The notes: a model not told the origin generated them from the sequence alone. A DNA stretch of 64,000 nt from Eledone cirrhosa (GCA_964016885.1 OZ024743.1:323640001-323704000); one strand, 5' to 3'. Numbered from the stretch's first letter, positions 24,858-40,271 are shown. Numbers and translations: made by a program.

Positions 24858-25467
24858 AGGTCACCAGTTGGTGCTACTGGTAACATGTATCCCAGTACAA
24901 CCTGTCTCATGGTCGGGTCGTTGGCGACTAAACTGGCAACCCCACCAAGGTTTCTTGGTGAGGAGGGTGACTTTGGACATCCTGCAGGACTAAAAACAAA
25001 ACCTGTCAAAGGGCAAGGGAGCTCTTAAGAGTCAATAGCCATCCAAAATCACCGGGAGAGATGACCCCTTAGCCTTTGTCAAGGCAGAATTCTAGGAGAA
25101 GGAAAACTCTGATATAACACCTGCAACCCTGATGGTATCCAATGATGTTGACTTGTTCTTCTTTTTGGTAAATATCATCTTGGTTAAGAGAGTGGGACTG
25201 GCTTTGTGCAGTGCCTTTGCTCACTATAAAAGCTTCACAGCACAGGCATTGCTTTATATCTGGAGATCTCTCTGCACTTGTCATCACATGGTACCATGGG
25301 CCCTGCACTATGTGTCAATAATGGTCACAAGTGTAGTCTTTGTACCAGAGTTTTCAAGTCGCTGGCTGGACTAAAAAGTCACATTCGTTCAGCGCATCGG
25401 TAGGGGTTCTCCTACATGGATATAAAGTAGTGGCCGTACTCGAAAACGAGTTGGCAGCCACCATATA
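24858..25467 (+). mobile_element. non-autonomous, internally deleted RTE derivative
   Basis: Structured leader, then [23 protein letters not shown] (25332-25403; cf. RTE C-terminus [23 protein letters not shown]), then an RTE-like 3' end; flanked by TA/TATG arrays. Confidence 0.8.
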
Positions 25468-25505
25468 TGTATGTATATATGTATGTATATATATATATAT
25501 ATATG

Positions 25506-25781
<276 letters not shown>

Positions 25782-25821
25782 TATGTATGTATATATATAT
25801 ATATGTATATATATATGTATG

Positions 25822-25854
<33 letters not shown>

Positions 25855-25859
25855 GTATG

Positions 25860-25892
<33 letters not shown>

Positions 25893-25897
25893 GTATG

Positions 25898-25931
<34 letters not shown>

Positions 25932-26111
25932 TGTATGTATATATATATATATGTATGTATATATGTATGTATATATATATATATGTATGTATATATATAT
26001 GTATATATATATATATATATGTATGTATATATATATATATGTATGTATATATATATATATGTATGTATATATATATATATATGTATGTATATGTATGTAT
26101 GTATATGTATG

Positions 26112-26166
<55 letters not shown>

Positions 26167-26191
26167 GTATGTATATATATATATATATATG

Positions 26192-26260
<69 letters not shown>

Positions 26261-26284
26261 GTATGTATGTATATATATATATGT

Positions 26285-28440
26285 ATAACTTTGAATAACT
26301 TTGAAATGTTTTGGCCAGTATTGGCCCAGGCCATGTCTAACTTAATAGCACCACCTGGCGAAGTCTTTCAATTCAGGATTTGGGCACCATGGCCCACTCG
26401 AGAAGAGAATTACTGTTTGCGGAGACATATCCGGGTGTGGGTGGTTTGTCCGGGATTACTTGGAGGAATTTGTCCAAAGACTTCTTGAATTTTGTGTGGT
26501 CAGTTTCTGTTTTGACGTGTTCTGGTGTGATGTTGAAGAGAGCAGGGCCAATTGAGGTGAAATAATTGTGCCGTATTGTTGTTATAGTTGCGATTTAGAT
26601 TTTTGTTTGGGACGGATAGCACGGGGCCCAAGCCTTGGGTGTATTTTGAAGGTGATGCCAACATCATTTGGGCAGTGCTGATGAAACATTTTCCACATCA
26701 TGCAGATAATATAACGCTCACGGCGACGTTGGAGTGAGTAAAGTTTCAGCTTTTCTAGTCGACCCCAGTAGTCGAGGTCTGACATGCCATCTATCTTTTT
26801 CGTGATTGTCCTTTGGGGAGCTTCATGTTTCATGATACTTTGTTTCGTGTGAGGAGACCACAGTGGACAACAGTATTCAAGGTGCGGTCGGGCAAAAGTG
26901 GAGAAGAGAAGCATAATGGTGTGGGAATCTCTCGACTGGAAGGTTCTGAGGATCCAGGAACACATTCTGCGGGCCATGTCAACTTTGCTGCTCATATGCG
27001 TGGCCCAGCTTATGTTGCTGTCCACGGTTACTCCCAAGTCTCTGATGTTGTTAGATGCCACGAGAGTTTCACCGGAGGGAAGGGAGTACGGGAGTTTAAG
27101 AGCGTCCTCTTTTCCAAAGTGGATCCGTTCGAATTTGTCTTCGTTCAGTAACATGTTGTTCTTTTCCGCCCATTGGGTAACAGCCAGTAGGTCTGACTGA
27201 AGGCTTATCCGGTCATCCACGCCATTGATGACCTTTTGAAGTTTGGAATCATCAGCGAAGATTCTAATGCTGCTGTGTTTGATCATGTCGGTGATGTCAT
27301 TAATATAGATGATGAAGAGAAGTGGGCCCAACACAGTGCCTTGTGGGACCCCACTACTGACTTTGGCTGGGCTGGATTTGACTCCTTCGACTACAACATG
27401 TTGGGTTCTGTTTGACAGGAAGCACTTGATCCACTGCAGCAGCTTTCCAGTGACACCAATATTGGACAACTTTCTCAGTAGAATGTTGTGATCAACCCTG
27501 TCAAAAGCCCTGCTGAAATCAAGGTAGATAACATCAGTGTTGGAACCCTCTCCAAAGGCTCTCAAAATGTCATCAAAGTGATGCAGTAGCTGCGTCAGGC
27601 AATCCCTTCCATTACGGAATCCATGCTGGTTGGAGTTCAGCATATTGTTACTCTCAAGGAAGTGAGTCATTCGCGATCTCACCACTCTCTCAAATACCTT
27701 AATGATATGAGAGGTGAGTGAGATTGGACGGTAATTCACGGCAAGGGATTTGTTTCTTTTTTGAAAACTGGGACAACAGACTGGGATAGAAGGTTTTCTG
27801 GCACATATCCAGCATCCAGTGAGTTCCGCCACAGATTGGCAAGAGGAGATGCAAGTTGGTGTTGACACGCCTTCAAGACACAAGCAGGGAACCTATCGGG
27901 ACCTACTGCTGAATTATGCTTGATTTCCTTTATTGCCGCTAAGACATCAGGGACGCCAAACGTTATGTCCGATAAGGTGTAATGGGGATTAACATCGCCG
28001 ATACAGCCCAGATTGGCCATATCAGGATTGCTGAAAACAGAGTAGTATTGTTTCTGCAGTATCTCACCCATGGTTTTAGCATTGTCTTGAAGAGTGCCAT
28101 TTTCATCAATTAGAGGGCCAACAGTAGAGCCAGTGATTTTGTGTTTTTTTTTGCAAATGAAAAGAACACTTTGGGATTGAGTTTGATCTTCTCAATGGCC
28201 CAGGCCTCTTCAGCTCTTCTCTGATTGTTGATGATAGACACCATATTGTTTTGGAGGTTATGTTTTTTAATCTCTAGTGATGAAATGGCAGTCAAGTTGA
28301 TGTGTTGCTGCTGACGGTATTTCAGCTTGTTGATTTTTTTGTTAGTTCTCTTAATTTTCCTGATGAACGTTTTTCTATTTATAGGGATTCTGCTCTTAGA
28401 TTTGTTTATAGTTCTTAATGGGGTGTGTGTTGCACATATG
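26285..28440 (-). mobile_element. 5'-truncated CR1/Jockey-like LINE with frameshifts
   Basis: NYRPISLTS, NQHGFR, YLDFSRAFD, GVPQGTVLGP, FADD, LEYCCPLWSP, LYSLQRRRER, split over ORFs 28110-28295, 27736-28071 and 26582-27883; embedded between TA arrays. Confidence 0.9.
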
Positions 28441-28465
28441 TTTGTAACATATATGTATATGTATG

Positions 28466-28538
<73 letters not shown>

Positions 28539-28596
28539 GTATGTATATATATATGTATATGTATGTATGTATATATATATATATATGTATATGTAT

Positions 28597-28628
<32 letters not shown>

Positions 28629-28702
28629 GTATGTATGTATATATATATATGTATATGTATGTATGTATATATATATGTATATGTATGTATGTATATATAT
28701 AT

Positions 28703-28736
<34 letters not shown>

Positions 28737-28783
28737 ATGTGTGTATATGTATATGTATGTATATATATATATGTATGTATATG

Positions 28784-28843
<60 letters not shown>

Positions 28844-28955
28844 TGTATGTATATATATATATATATATGTATATGTATGTATGTATATATATATATATGT
28901 ATGTATGTATATGTATGTATGTATATATATATATATGTATGTATGTATATGTATG

Positions 28956-29018
<63 letters not shown>

Positions 29019-29023
29019 ATATG

Positions 29024-29057
<34 letters not shown>

Positions 29058-29489
29058 TGTATGTATATATATATGTATATGTATGTATGTATATATATAT
29101 ATGTATATGTATGTATATATATATATATGTATATGTATGTATATATATATATATGTATATGTATGTATATATATATATATGTATATGTATGTATATATAT
29201 ATATATGTATATGTATGTATATATATATATATATATATGTATATGTATATATATATATGTATGTATGTATATATATATATATATATATATGTATATGTAT
29301 GTATATATATATATATCTATATATATCTATATGTATGTATGTATATGTATATGTATGTATATATATATATATATGTATATGTATGTATGTATATGTATAT
29401 GTATGTATATATATATATATATATATGTATATGTATGTATATATGTATATGTATGTATATATATATATATATATGTATATGTGTATATG

Positions 29490-29565
<76 letters not shown>

Positions 29566-29572
29566 TATATGT

Positions 29573-29672
29573 ACGTGGGAAAGTAAAAAATCGGAGAATA
29601 GACCGTTAAAACATGTTTATTTAAATAAACATGTTTTAACGGTCTATTCTCCGATTTTTTACTTTCCCACGT
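29573..29672. repeat. perfect 100-bp palindrome
   Basis: 50-bp arms, no spacer, no mismatch. Confidence 0.95.
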
Positions 29673-30081
29673 GCTTACGCTCTGCTAACTCTCTAGCCCA
29701 CTAAATATTAACACTTCGAATATTTAATACTGCCGGCACTAGTATCGAGCACCTTTGGCATACGCTACTTGGCAAATAACTATATGTATCACCTATCCTC
29801 CCCTTTTTTTCTCTTTCTCGATACGTAAATACTGTATATATATATGTATGTATGTATATGTATATGTATATGTATGTATGTAAATATATATATATATGTA
29901 TATGTATGTATGTATATGTATATATATGTATATGTATGTATGTATATGTATATATATGTATATGTATATATATATATGTGTATGTATGTATATATATATA
30001 TATATGTATATGTATGTATGTATATATATATATATGTATATGTATGTATATATATATATATATATATGTATATGTATGTAT

Positions 30082-30113
<32 letters not shown>

Positions 30114-30524
30114 GTATGTATATATATATATATATATATGTATATGTATGTGTATATATATATATATGTATGTTTGTATATATATATATATGTATATGTA
30201 AGTATGTATATATATATATATATATATGTATATGTATGTATGTATATATATATATATATATGTATATGTATGTATGTATATATATATGTATATGTATGTA
30301 TGTATATATATATATATATGTATATGTATGTATGTATATATATATATATGTATATGTATGTATGTATATATATATATATGTATATGTATGTATGTATATA
30401 TATATATATGTATATGTATGTATATATATATATATATGTATATCTATGTATATATATATATATGTATGTATGTATATGTATATGTATATGTATGTATATA
30501 TATATATATATATATATGTATATG

Positions 30525-30566
<42 letters not shown>

Positions 30567-30609
30567 TGGATGAATACTTCAACAGGCACTAAGTACTTGT
30601 AGAAATATG

Positions 30610-30799
30610 CAAGGTGTTTATAATATTTGTGGTTCAATGGTACTAATTTGAGATACCAGAACAATATAATGTATATATGTATATGTATGTATATATATAT
30701 ATATATATGTATATGTATGTATATATATATATATATATATGTATATGTATGTATATATATATATGTATATGTATGTATATATATATATGTATATGTATG

Positions 30800-30833
<34 letters not shown>

Positions 30834-30923
30834 ATGGAAAATTTGAACAGGTACAAAACAGAGAGGCAGTACATATACATATATCAAATTAGTACCATTG
30901 AACCACAAATATTATAAACACCT

Positions 30924-30925
<2 letters not shown>
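30610..30925. repeat. ~42-bp inverted repeats enclosing TA satellite
   Basis: caaggtgtttataatatttgtggttcaatggtactaatttga and its reverse complement. Confidence 0.85.
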
Positions 30926-30972
<47 letters not shown>

Positions 30973-31022
30973 GTATATATATATATATGTATATGTATAT
31001 ATATATATATGTATATGTATAA

Positions 31023-31220
<198 letters not shown>

Positions 31221-31228
31221 GTATATAT

Positions 31229-31288
<60 letters not shown>

Positions 31289-31353
31289 GTATGTATATGT
31301 ATATATATATATATTTATGTATGTATATGTATATATATATATATATATGTATG

Positions 31354-31392
<39 letters not shown>

Positions 31393-31419
31393 ATGTATAT
31401 ATATATATATATATGTATG

Positions 31420-31458
<39 letters not shown>

Positions 31459-31610
31459 ATGTATATATATATATATATATATATGTGTGTATGTATATAT
31501 ATATTGTATATATGTATATGTATGTATATATATATATGTATGTATATATATATGTATGTATATATATATATATATATATATGTACGTATGTATATATATG
31601 TATATATATG

Positions 31611-31663
<53 letters not shown>

Positions 31664-31866
31664 GTATGTATATATATGTATATATATGTATGTATATATA
31701 TATATATATATACATACATATATGTATGTATATATATATATATATACATACATATATGTATGTATATATATATATATACATACATACATATATGTATGTA
31801 TATATATATATATATACATACATACATATATGTATGTATATATATATATACATACATACATATACG

Positions 31867-31934
<68 letters not shown>

Positions 31935-32085
31935 CATATATATATATTTATACATATATATATATATATATACGTTTCAGCATAGTACGTGGTGTTATAC
32001 AATGGTGGCATTCCTTCATAACCAGAGTGTAATATTAATAATAAGTAGGGACCGAGGTGTCAGAGTATCATTATTAATTTATCCA

Positions 32086-32175
32086 GGTATGACGCGCGTT
32101 TCGTGATTGATCCGCTCAAGGTTCGAGCTGTATCGATCAGGCCCGATTCTGGAATCAATAGTTCATCAGACTCTT
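32086..32175 (-). ncRNA. hammerhead-like motif with a branched domain II
   Basis: CUGAUGA...AUUGAUUC[hairpins]GGAUCAAU...GAAA-CGCGCG-UC; stem I weak. Confidence 0.5.
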
Positions 32176-33585
32176 AGATTCGTTAATGATGGAAGATATC
32201 CGCGTACAGCTTAAAAACAATATTTGTGTGTGTTATGTAATGTTTATATTACTGTGTATAAATGTATTAATATCGAAACAAAGGATCACTTTGTCTCCCA
32301 TCCCAGGTAAATAAAATAAGATACTAATCGAAGACTAAGTTGGATATAATTGATTCTCATTTTCCCCTAAATTACTGACCTTGTGCCTTAATTAGAAACC
32401 ATTATTGAGCATGCTAGTAATAATATCGATCTCCTACAGTGGCTCGTTATTAGGTAGAAACGATCGATTCAATTGGCTCCAGTGTGAACAGTAACAATAA
32501 TAAGGATTTCTGATTTAGGCACAAGGCCAACAATTTTGGGGAAGGTGAAAGTCAATTAAAGCAACCCCAGTGCATTACTGGTACTTTATTTTATCGACTC
32601 CGTAAGGATGGAAGGCAAAGCTCGGTCAGATTTGAACTCAGAACTAAAGGGCCGAAACTATATGACGCAAAGCAAGTCCTACGATTGTATATAATCTATA
32701 TTATAATAAAAGTTATAAAATGTAACATCACTAACAAACGTTGTAGTAATATCAACCATCACCACAACTCCTCCTCCCCTTCTTCCTCAAAATCCCCGCC
32801 TCTGTTTCTTCGTCACAGCCTCCTCCTCCTCCCCTTCTTCGTCACAACCTTGTCCTCCCTTTCTTCGTCACAACCCCTTCATACCCTTTTAATCTCTAGC
32901 AATTGTTTAAAACATAATAATCTTAGCATGAGCGTCCAGTTAAAAGAACGATGATCATGATTCAAGACAATTTGATCACGTGTTAATATATTCGGCGAGG
33001 AGATGACAGGGAATGTCGGTCAGTCAGTGAAATGCCGTAGTGAATGTAGTTTAGTAATTATTACAGTTCCATAAGTTCCGAGTCGAAATTTTGATAAAGT
33101 CAATAAAATAAAGAAAGTCCATTCAGTCCACTGAATTGAAAAAAGCTCCCTAAAAACTGACTTCATGTCTTGGTATATATTTTTTTTATTGCTGGTTTAT
33201 ACACAGTATTTATTATTGAGGGCACTCTGGATCAATGACCTAAGATGATCCCAGTCTCATCGAGCAAGAAGAAATTTATTACAAAATGTGTTGTTGCTGT
33301 TCCTTAACACTGATCGAGCAGCCCTTATGGTTTCTGATTTAGGCAGAAAGTCAACAATTTTGGGAGAGGGGATAAGTTGATTGAATATATCCCAGTGCGT
33401 TACTGGTATTTTATTTTATCGACCCCGTAAGGCTGTAATGCAATGCTAACCTCGGCGGGATTTGAACTCGAGCAGCCTTTATAATTTTAGTGTTATCTAG
33501 TTGTTAGGGTTGTTCAACCCCAGATCAGCCTTGATGAAGTTGATGGTTAAAGATATTCCAGCTAAGACTATCTCATATCTTTGTA

Positions 33586-33617
<32 letters not shown>

Positions 33618-33768
33618 TATATATATGGACTAGTCCAGAAATAGCCGTCGAAACGGCTTGAGCTCTGCCGTCGGGGTTAAACAATTTCCTATTACCCACT
33701 ATACTACCCTAAGTATTGAGTACTCTGGTGCGTTATGGTCCATCTGGTTCCTTACCACACCTCCTTTG

Positions 33769-33816
<48 letters not shown>

Positions 33817-33846
33817 GTGGTTACACAACAGTTAGTTCACCATACC

Positions 33847-33882
33847 GAGAACAATTGTTTCACCTTAGCGGATCCTCAGCTC
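33847..33882 (-). ncRNA. minimal type I hammerhead (Penelope-type, palindromic stem III)
   Basis: GAG-CUGAGGA-UCC(GCUAA)GGU-GAAA-CAAUUG-UU|CUC; a decayed paralog lies at 17113-17145. Confidence 0.55.
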
Positions 33883-34880
33883 CACCACTACGGATATTAC
33901 CTTCCAGTGTTCTACCTCTCTCTCTCTCTCTCTCTCTCTCTACATATATATATATATAAAGATATATAGGACTACTACTTATTTTTAGAGAAGTGTAATT
34001 TGAGGAAATTTGGCTGTTTTTTCTAGGAGGTCAAATGACCGCGTACAGAGAAAAGCCTAGCAGGGGGGGGGGGGCAGTCATCTTCGAACACAGATGTGAA
34101 GAAGTGCAAACTTTTCTCTGGTGTCTCGTGCCTGTAAATAAAGTGGGGTCACTAAAAGTATCTTTGCCGTTGCGAACAGAGAACCCTTGCGTATAAGCTT
34201 CTTAGCTCTCAACAGGTGGTTATATTTTCTCAGGCATGATGATATTTTGAACGAGACAATTTGTTTTATTTAGTGTGAGTTTCATCTATCATTTTTTAGT
34301 TTTGTTAGTTTTCGAAAAGTAGATTCCTTGTTGGTTGAATAGACTTTCAGAATGTGGAGAAAAAGGTAGAATTAACCTGCCACTCTATTAAACTTTACCA
34401 CGTAGCCATTGGGTGTCCTTAGAAAGGTAAAGTGTGTTGCAAACGTTTAAGCCAAGTTTCCTCTCTTCATCCAATCAGTCACATAGTCCCTACCCAAGGT
34501 TCAAGATCACTGCTCTTATACAAAGGCCTTGAAAAGGTTTGTAAATGCTGACTTTCTTCGTGTGATAACACAGGCACACCTACTTTCATTGTTACCAAGA
34601 TGGTTGATTTTAAAAATATTTTATGTCAGAATATGATTGTCTTGGCGTTTTTTTCTTTTTCTTTCAGATAAGTCACTCACCCGGAAAATGGGTAGCTGAG
34701 AAGAATATTCCTGTAGATTCTTTGGAGGTTGATCTATTGGAAGTAGCCAAGCGCCTTATTGTTTTCGGTAGGGGCTTATTTATTCATTTATTCATGAGAT
34801 ATTGCGTTTCAGTAAAAACAACTTTTCGTAACAGTTAACAAAAGGTTGACATGTGTAAACTGAATATTATTAACCCTTTA

Positions 34881-35292
34881 ATCAAATCCCGCCGAGGTTG
34901 ACTTTGCCTTTCATCCTTACGGGGTCGATAAAATAAAGTACCAGTAATGCACTGGATAATTTCTGGCCTTGTGCCTAAAGTAGAAACAATTATTAACCCT
35001 TTAGTATTTACATTATTCTATATTTACTATTATATTTTCACTGTAAAGGCTTTACCTCACATAATATCGAATCTATGAGATTTTGATATTTATTTTTAGA
35101 ATAATTGTTTCTACTTTCGGCACAAGGCCAGCAATTATCCCAGTGTATGACTGGGTACTTTATTTTATCGACCCCGTAAGGATGAAAAGCAAAGTTAACC
35201 TCGGTGGGATTTGAACTCAGACCATAAAGGGCCGTAACTCTTTTGCTGCAAAGCATCACGTTCGACCCTCTACCGATACTGCCAATCCACCT
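34881..35292. mobile_element. truncated SINE (+, TSD ATTATTAACCCTTTA) and full SINE (-, 35104-35292)
   Basis: Same family; TSD at 34866 and 34989. Confidence 0.85.
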
Positions 35293-35982
35293 TAACAATA
35301 ATACCTTAACATCAGTATTAGTGGCCAGTTACGGCTGGTTTGAACAGAAAGAGGTGAGAGAATTCTGGCCGCATACGGCCGGTTTAAATGCTATCGACGA
35401 GATCGATAAAAAAAAGTATCAGTTTGGCATGGTTCTGGAAGAAATCGGCTGTGTTCAGATTCTGGAGAGTGTTGGGCTCCACCGGAGTTAAAATGACTAA
35501 GAAATACAACTTCAATGGTATAAATCCTTTTAAAAATACTATAGATTGTGATATGAGGAAGATTTGGTTACTATTTCTAGCAGGCTCCTTCAAATGTCGT
35601 TCTGGATAGCAGTATGTCTGATCATTAAAATCAACAGAGAGGGTGGTCGTGGTAGGAATTTCTTACTCGATCAGAGCTATCCCTGGGCTAAACAACGACG
35701 ACTATTTAAAGTTGTTAGTGTGAGTATGTTATAAAATAGGATATTCTCACAATGTACGAATACGCACGCTCACACACACACACATACAAATGTACGCACG
35801 TACACACACGCTCGCACACACTCACACATAAACATACGTACACACTCAACTTTCATGAGATTTATGTTTAGTAAACATATGGATATGACTTCCAATACAT
35901 GTTTATTCATAACATGCTCTGTATTGGTACTCCGGTAATTAATGCCCGATTATAAATATTGTTTCATAATATAACTTTTATT

Positions 35983-36372
35983 ATGGTGGATTGGCAGTAT
36001 CAGTAGAGGGTCGGACGCCATGCTTTGACGCATAGAGTTACGGCTCTTGCCATTCTGAGTTCAAATCCCGCAGAGGTTAACTTTGCCGTTCATCCTTACG
36101 GGGTCGATAAAATAAAGTACCAGTAATGCACTGGTTAATTGCTGGCCTTGTGCCAAAAGTAGAAACAATTATATAATAACACAAGGGCGGTGGATTGGTA
36201 GTATCGGTAGAGGGTCGGACGTCATCCTTTGCAGCATAGTTATGTCCCCTTACAGTCTGAGTTCAAATCCTGCCGAGGTTAACTTTGCTTTTCATCCTTA
36301 CGGGGTCGATAAAATAAAGCACCAGTAATGCATTGGAATAATTGCTGGCCTTGTGCCAAAAGTAGAAACAAT
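35983..36372 (+). mobile_element. two tandem SINEs
   Basis: Full copies at 35983-36170 and 36185-36372. Confidence 0.9.
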
Positions 36373-36427
36373 TATATGATAATACAATATTGAAAACTGG
36401 ACCTTATTTGGAAGGTAGAGGGAAGCA

Positions 36428-36475
36428 CTTTCTGATGAGTCTTTCATTTAAGACAAAATTAATTTGGTCGTAAAT
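36428..36475 (+). ncRNA. inactivated hammerhead remnant
   Basis: CUGAUGA-GUCUU(UCAUUU)AAGAC-AAAA (GAAA mutated, consistent with CpG decay)...GUC. Confidence 0.35.
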
Positions 36476-37849
36476 CAAATCAAAGGAAAGGGTTACACTA
36501 GCTAGGGTAGAAAACCCCCGGAATTTAAGTGTTTTCAGTTGTTTATTTCTGCTATCTTTAAAGACGTTCTCACTGTTTAAAATTATCTTTTTTGTGGTAT
36601 TTAAATAAAATGTGACGTTTTCTCCTATGACTTTTTATCCCGAAAGCTCTGGGTTTAACTAGTGGCCCTATATTCAGAGCGAAATTAAATGTATATTTAT
36701 AAACTCTTAACACCCTATAAATACATAAAATACATTAAAGCTCCGATGTGCTGGCAACTGACTTGGTAAACACCCACAAGATTATTAACCATCTTGCCAA
36801 CAACAATCCTGAGCACTATTTTGAATTCTTTGTGTCTAACACCCGTGGACATGCTTAAAAAATCAGAAAACACACAGCTCCCATGACTTTCGGAAACTTT
36901 TTTCCATGCTCAGAGTTGCTGAAGCATGGACCAAATTACCTGCATCAGTTGTTAGCTGTCGGGACACTGCATCCTTCAAAACTTCCATGCTTCCTGAAAT
37001 TCGCCAAAATTACACCTGATATTCCCCCTCCATACACACGCACGCATGTGTCTGTGTGTATATCATGACTCATACACAGTTCACTTTCCTGAGATTTGCA
37101 TATTATTCTATATACTATACATGCTCCTTTGATGAGTTGTAGTTCACCTGAGCACTATACACAATAATTTTCATTATCATATTGTTTTATCTAAAGCAAT
37201 AGGGTTATCAATTTAAACGTTTATATTATATTTACTAGTGTACAAATCGGTGTGAAAATTGTCAGTATTAGTGTAAGGACTTTAATTTTAATGTGACGCA
37301 GTCATTGTGCTTTTTTAAAAATTACTTTTCAAGAATGTCTTGCTAATCCGGTTTCATGTGGTGCAGAAAATTAAGAGTTAAACATAAAGATGTCTCTTCC
37401 AACAGTATCAGGTGTCAGAGCATTTTATATCGCACAAAATATTATCTTAGCGTGGGGTACTTCTTGAAATCACAAACAATAATAGCATTAAATTAAAAAA
37501 AAAGTTTTTGTTTTAAAAAGGTTGTCTTATACAAGTTGCTGCAAGTTTGGAAACATTTAGTTTATCGTTTAAAGCTCATAATCAATAGAGAAAACATCAA
37601 ATAAAGAGTGTAGAGAAATCAATATGACCAGTTAATAATCAGTTAATTGTTAGTGTTTCAATACAAAGGCTACAATTGTCTTTGTGAATATTGATATACT
37701 GGATATTACAATTTTATTTTCTAGGTAGAAACTGAAATTAATTTAATAGAAAAAGGAAAAAAATAGATTCAGAAGAAAGAATGGAATCTAAAATAAGAAA
37801 ATATAAAAACGGAAAAGGAAGGGAAAGACAAGGGCTCTATTGTCACAGA

Positions 37850-38085
37850 AGAGGGGGGAGGGTGATGGGCTCTGGGCCAAGGGAGCGGCGGTAATGGGAC
37901 TGCGCCCCACGGACAAGACTGCTAAAGCATTCATGTGAACAATGGCCAGCGAAACCCGCTGCAACAGCCACCCCACCTCGCGGGGCTTCTTCCTCAGATG
38001 GGCCGCTGACGTTCCAATCTTACGGAGGAGCTCAGCAGTACGGGGACCAAGTATGCCTGGGATCTCGACGGCGACTGTTGCCATA
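37850..38085 (-). mobile_element. CRE-like RLE C-terminal fragment
   Basis: VAVEIPGILGP...PREVGWLLQRVSLAIVHMNALAVL. Confidence 0.7.
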
Positions 38086-38719
38086 GATTTCAAATAAGTA
38101 AGAACTCGGAAAATTACCAAGCACCTTGTAAGTAATTCTTTGAAAGATAATGAAACTAAGAAATCTACACTAGGCTAGGTGCTAACATTTACCGTGGAAG
38201 TAAGTTAACTCTATTGGTGCGCGGGTGAGTGTGTGTTCTAACATATTTTTTTCTTTTACTCTTTCAACTGTTGAAAAGTCATTAATCTCTCACAAACAAC
38301 AATATTGTTTTAAACTAGTTGTTTTAGATCATAACGAAAGACAGAATTGATCTACCAATAACTAAGCAAACTCATGAGTTTAGAGATATTACAGACGTGG
38401 CTCTTAGTGAATCACATAACCAGCTTGTTTCTAATAACCGACATCACACACACAGACAGAGTATGACTGTCAGAAGTTATAAAACACTGTTTATCACTTG
38501 GGGAAAAATATAATAAATCAGTTATTATAATTTGAACTCGCAATTCTGTCTCTCACGAGACTTATCAAGATATAAATTTAGTTGTTGTAAAAACGTCTGG
38601 CAGTTATAATTTATTAATATATCATTATGTACACATACGCAGACTGACGTGTGTGTGTATATATATATATATACATATAGAGAGAGAGATTTGGTTCTAC
38701 ATTAGCTCGTAATAATAAT

Positions 38720-39160
38720 AATTGTTTCTACTTTAGGCACAAGGCCAGCAATTACCCAGTGCATTACTGGTACTTTATTTTATCGACCCCGTAAGGATGA
38801 AAGGCAAAGTCAAGCTCGGCGGGATTTGAACTCAGATCGTAAAGGGACGTAACTATGCTGGAAAGCATGGCGTCCGACCCTCTACCGATACTGCCAATAA
38901 TAATAATGTTAATATTTTTCCGTAAAGTATTAAACTAGTTAGTATTAAAATATTTGTTTCTACAGTTGACACAAGGCCAGCAATTTGAAGGGAAGGGGAA
39001 GTCGATTAAACCGACTCCAGTGTGTTACTAGTTCTTTATTTTATTGAACCTGTAAGGGTGGAAGGCAAATCTAACCTCGGTAAGATTTGAACTCAGATGT
39101 AAAGGGCCGTAACTCTATGCATCAAATCATGTTTTCCGACGCTCTGCCGATACTGCCAAT
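38720..39160 (-). mobile_element. two SINEs
   Basis: 38720-38897 and 38953-39160. Confidence 0.85.
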
Positions 39161-39816
39161 ATGAAAAATATGAAAAAAATGTTATACTTACAATGTACTC
39201 GTCTAAAAGATATATAACTTGGCAGCACTTAAGTAAATAACTTGAATGTAAACAATGGATCCTTATGAAACAACTTAGTCTACTTTCTCTCATTTACAGA
39301 TTGTTAAAGTATAGGTTATGAGACTGCTATTAATTTAGAACTTATTTTGTAAATAACGTTTTACTCACTTCTGACAAAACCAAAAAAATGAAGAAAAATA
39401 GGACGAAATATTTCCCAGTAAACTATGCCATGCCCCATTGTTGTGAAATGGATGAAAGTTTAAATGAGATAAATGCAGTTGAAGCGAAATGAAATATATA
39501 ATCATCATCGTTGTTAAGGCATGACTATAGGCGCAGACATGGCTGCGTAGTGAAAGAGTTCGCTTCGCAACCACGTCGTGCCGGTTCCATTCCCACTGTG
39601 TGACGTCTTTAAAAAGTGTCTACTATCATAGTTTGGGATTGACCAATATCTTAGCGAAATTAGATAGCTGAAATATTATGAGGACCCGCACCACCAACAT
39701 GATTCAATATCGAAGATGGATGAGTTGCGTAACGTCGAGTGCTTTTCTCATATTACGTTAAGGTTAACGTTGCAGAATTACCAATTCTACCCAGTGGTAA
39801 GCCACCAAATTTAAAC

Positions 39817-39892
<76 letters not shown>

Positions 39893-40185
39893 GCAATTTT
39901 GAAGAATCATTAGATAAAATATACCCAGTCTTTCTTCACCTAGTCCGTAGAAATCAACTAGATAAATAATCATTTAAACGGGGCTATAAGTTTAAAATGT
40001 AACTATGAAGAAATAATAGACAAATGATACAGACTATTTTCCACGAGGAATAGTGAGATAAAATTTATCTAGTCTTTCCTCTTAGGCCGTAGAAATTAAC
40101 TAGACAAATAATCAATTAAACGGAGCTAAGTCTAAAATATAAGTTAGCAGAAAAAATGTATATACACTTTACCAAAATTCATCTA

Positions 40186-40271
40186 GTCCCGACTATCGAT
40201 AGTTTCGCTCGTACTTTGTGGATATATCCGATCCTGGTATTATTCATGAGGCTTCGAGCTTATCAAGAGAC
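40186..40271 (-). ncRNA. type I hammerhead ribozyme, U3-A8 core variant
   Basis: GUCUC-UUGAUAA-GCUCG[43 nt]CGAGC-GAAA-CUAUCGAUAG-UC|GGGAC. Confidence 0.8.
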
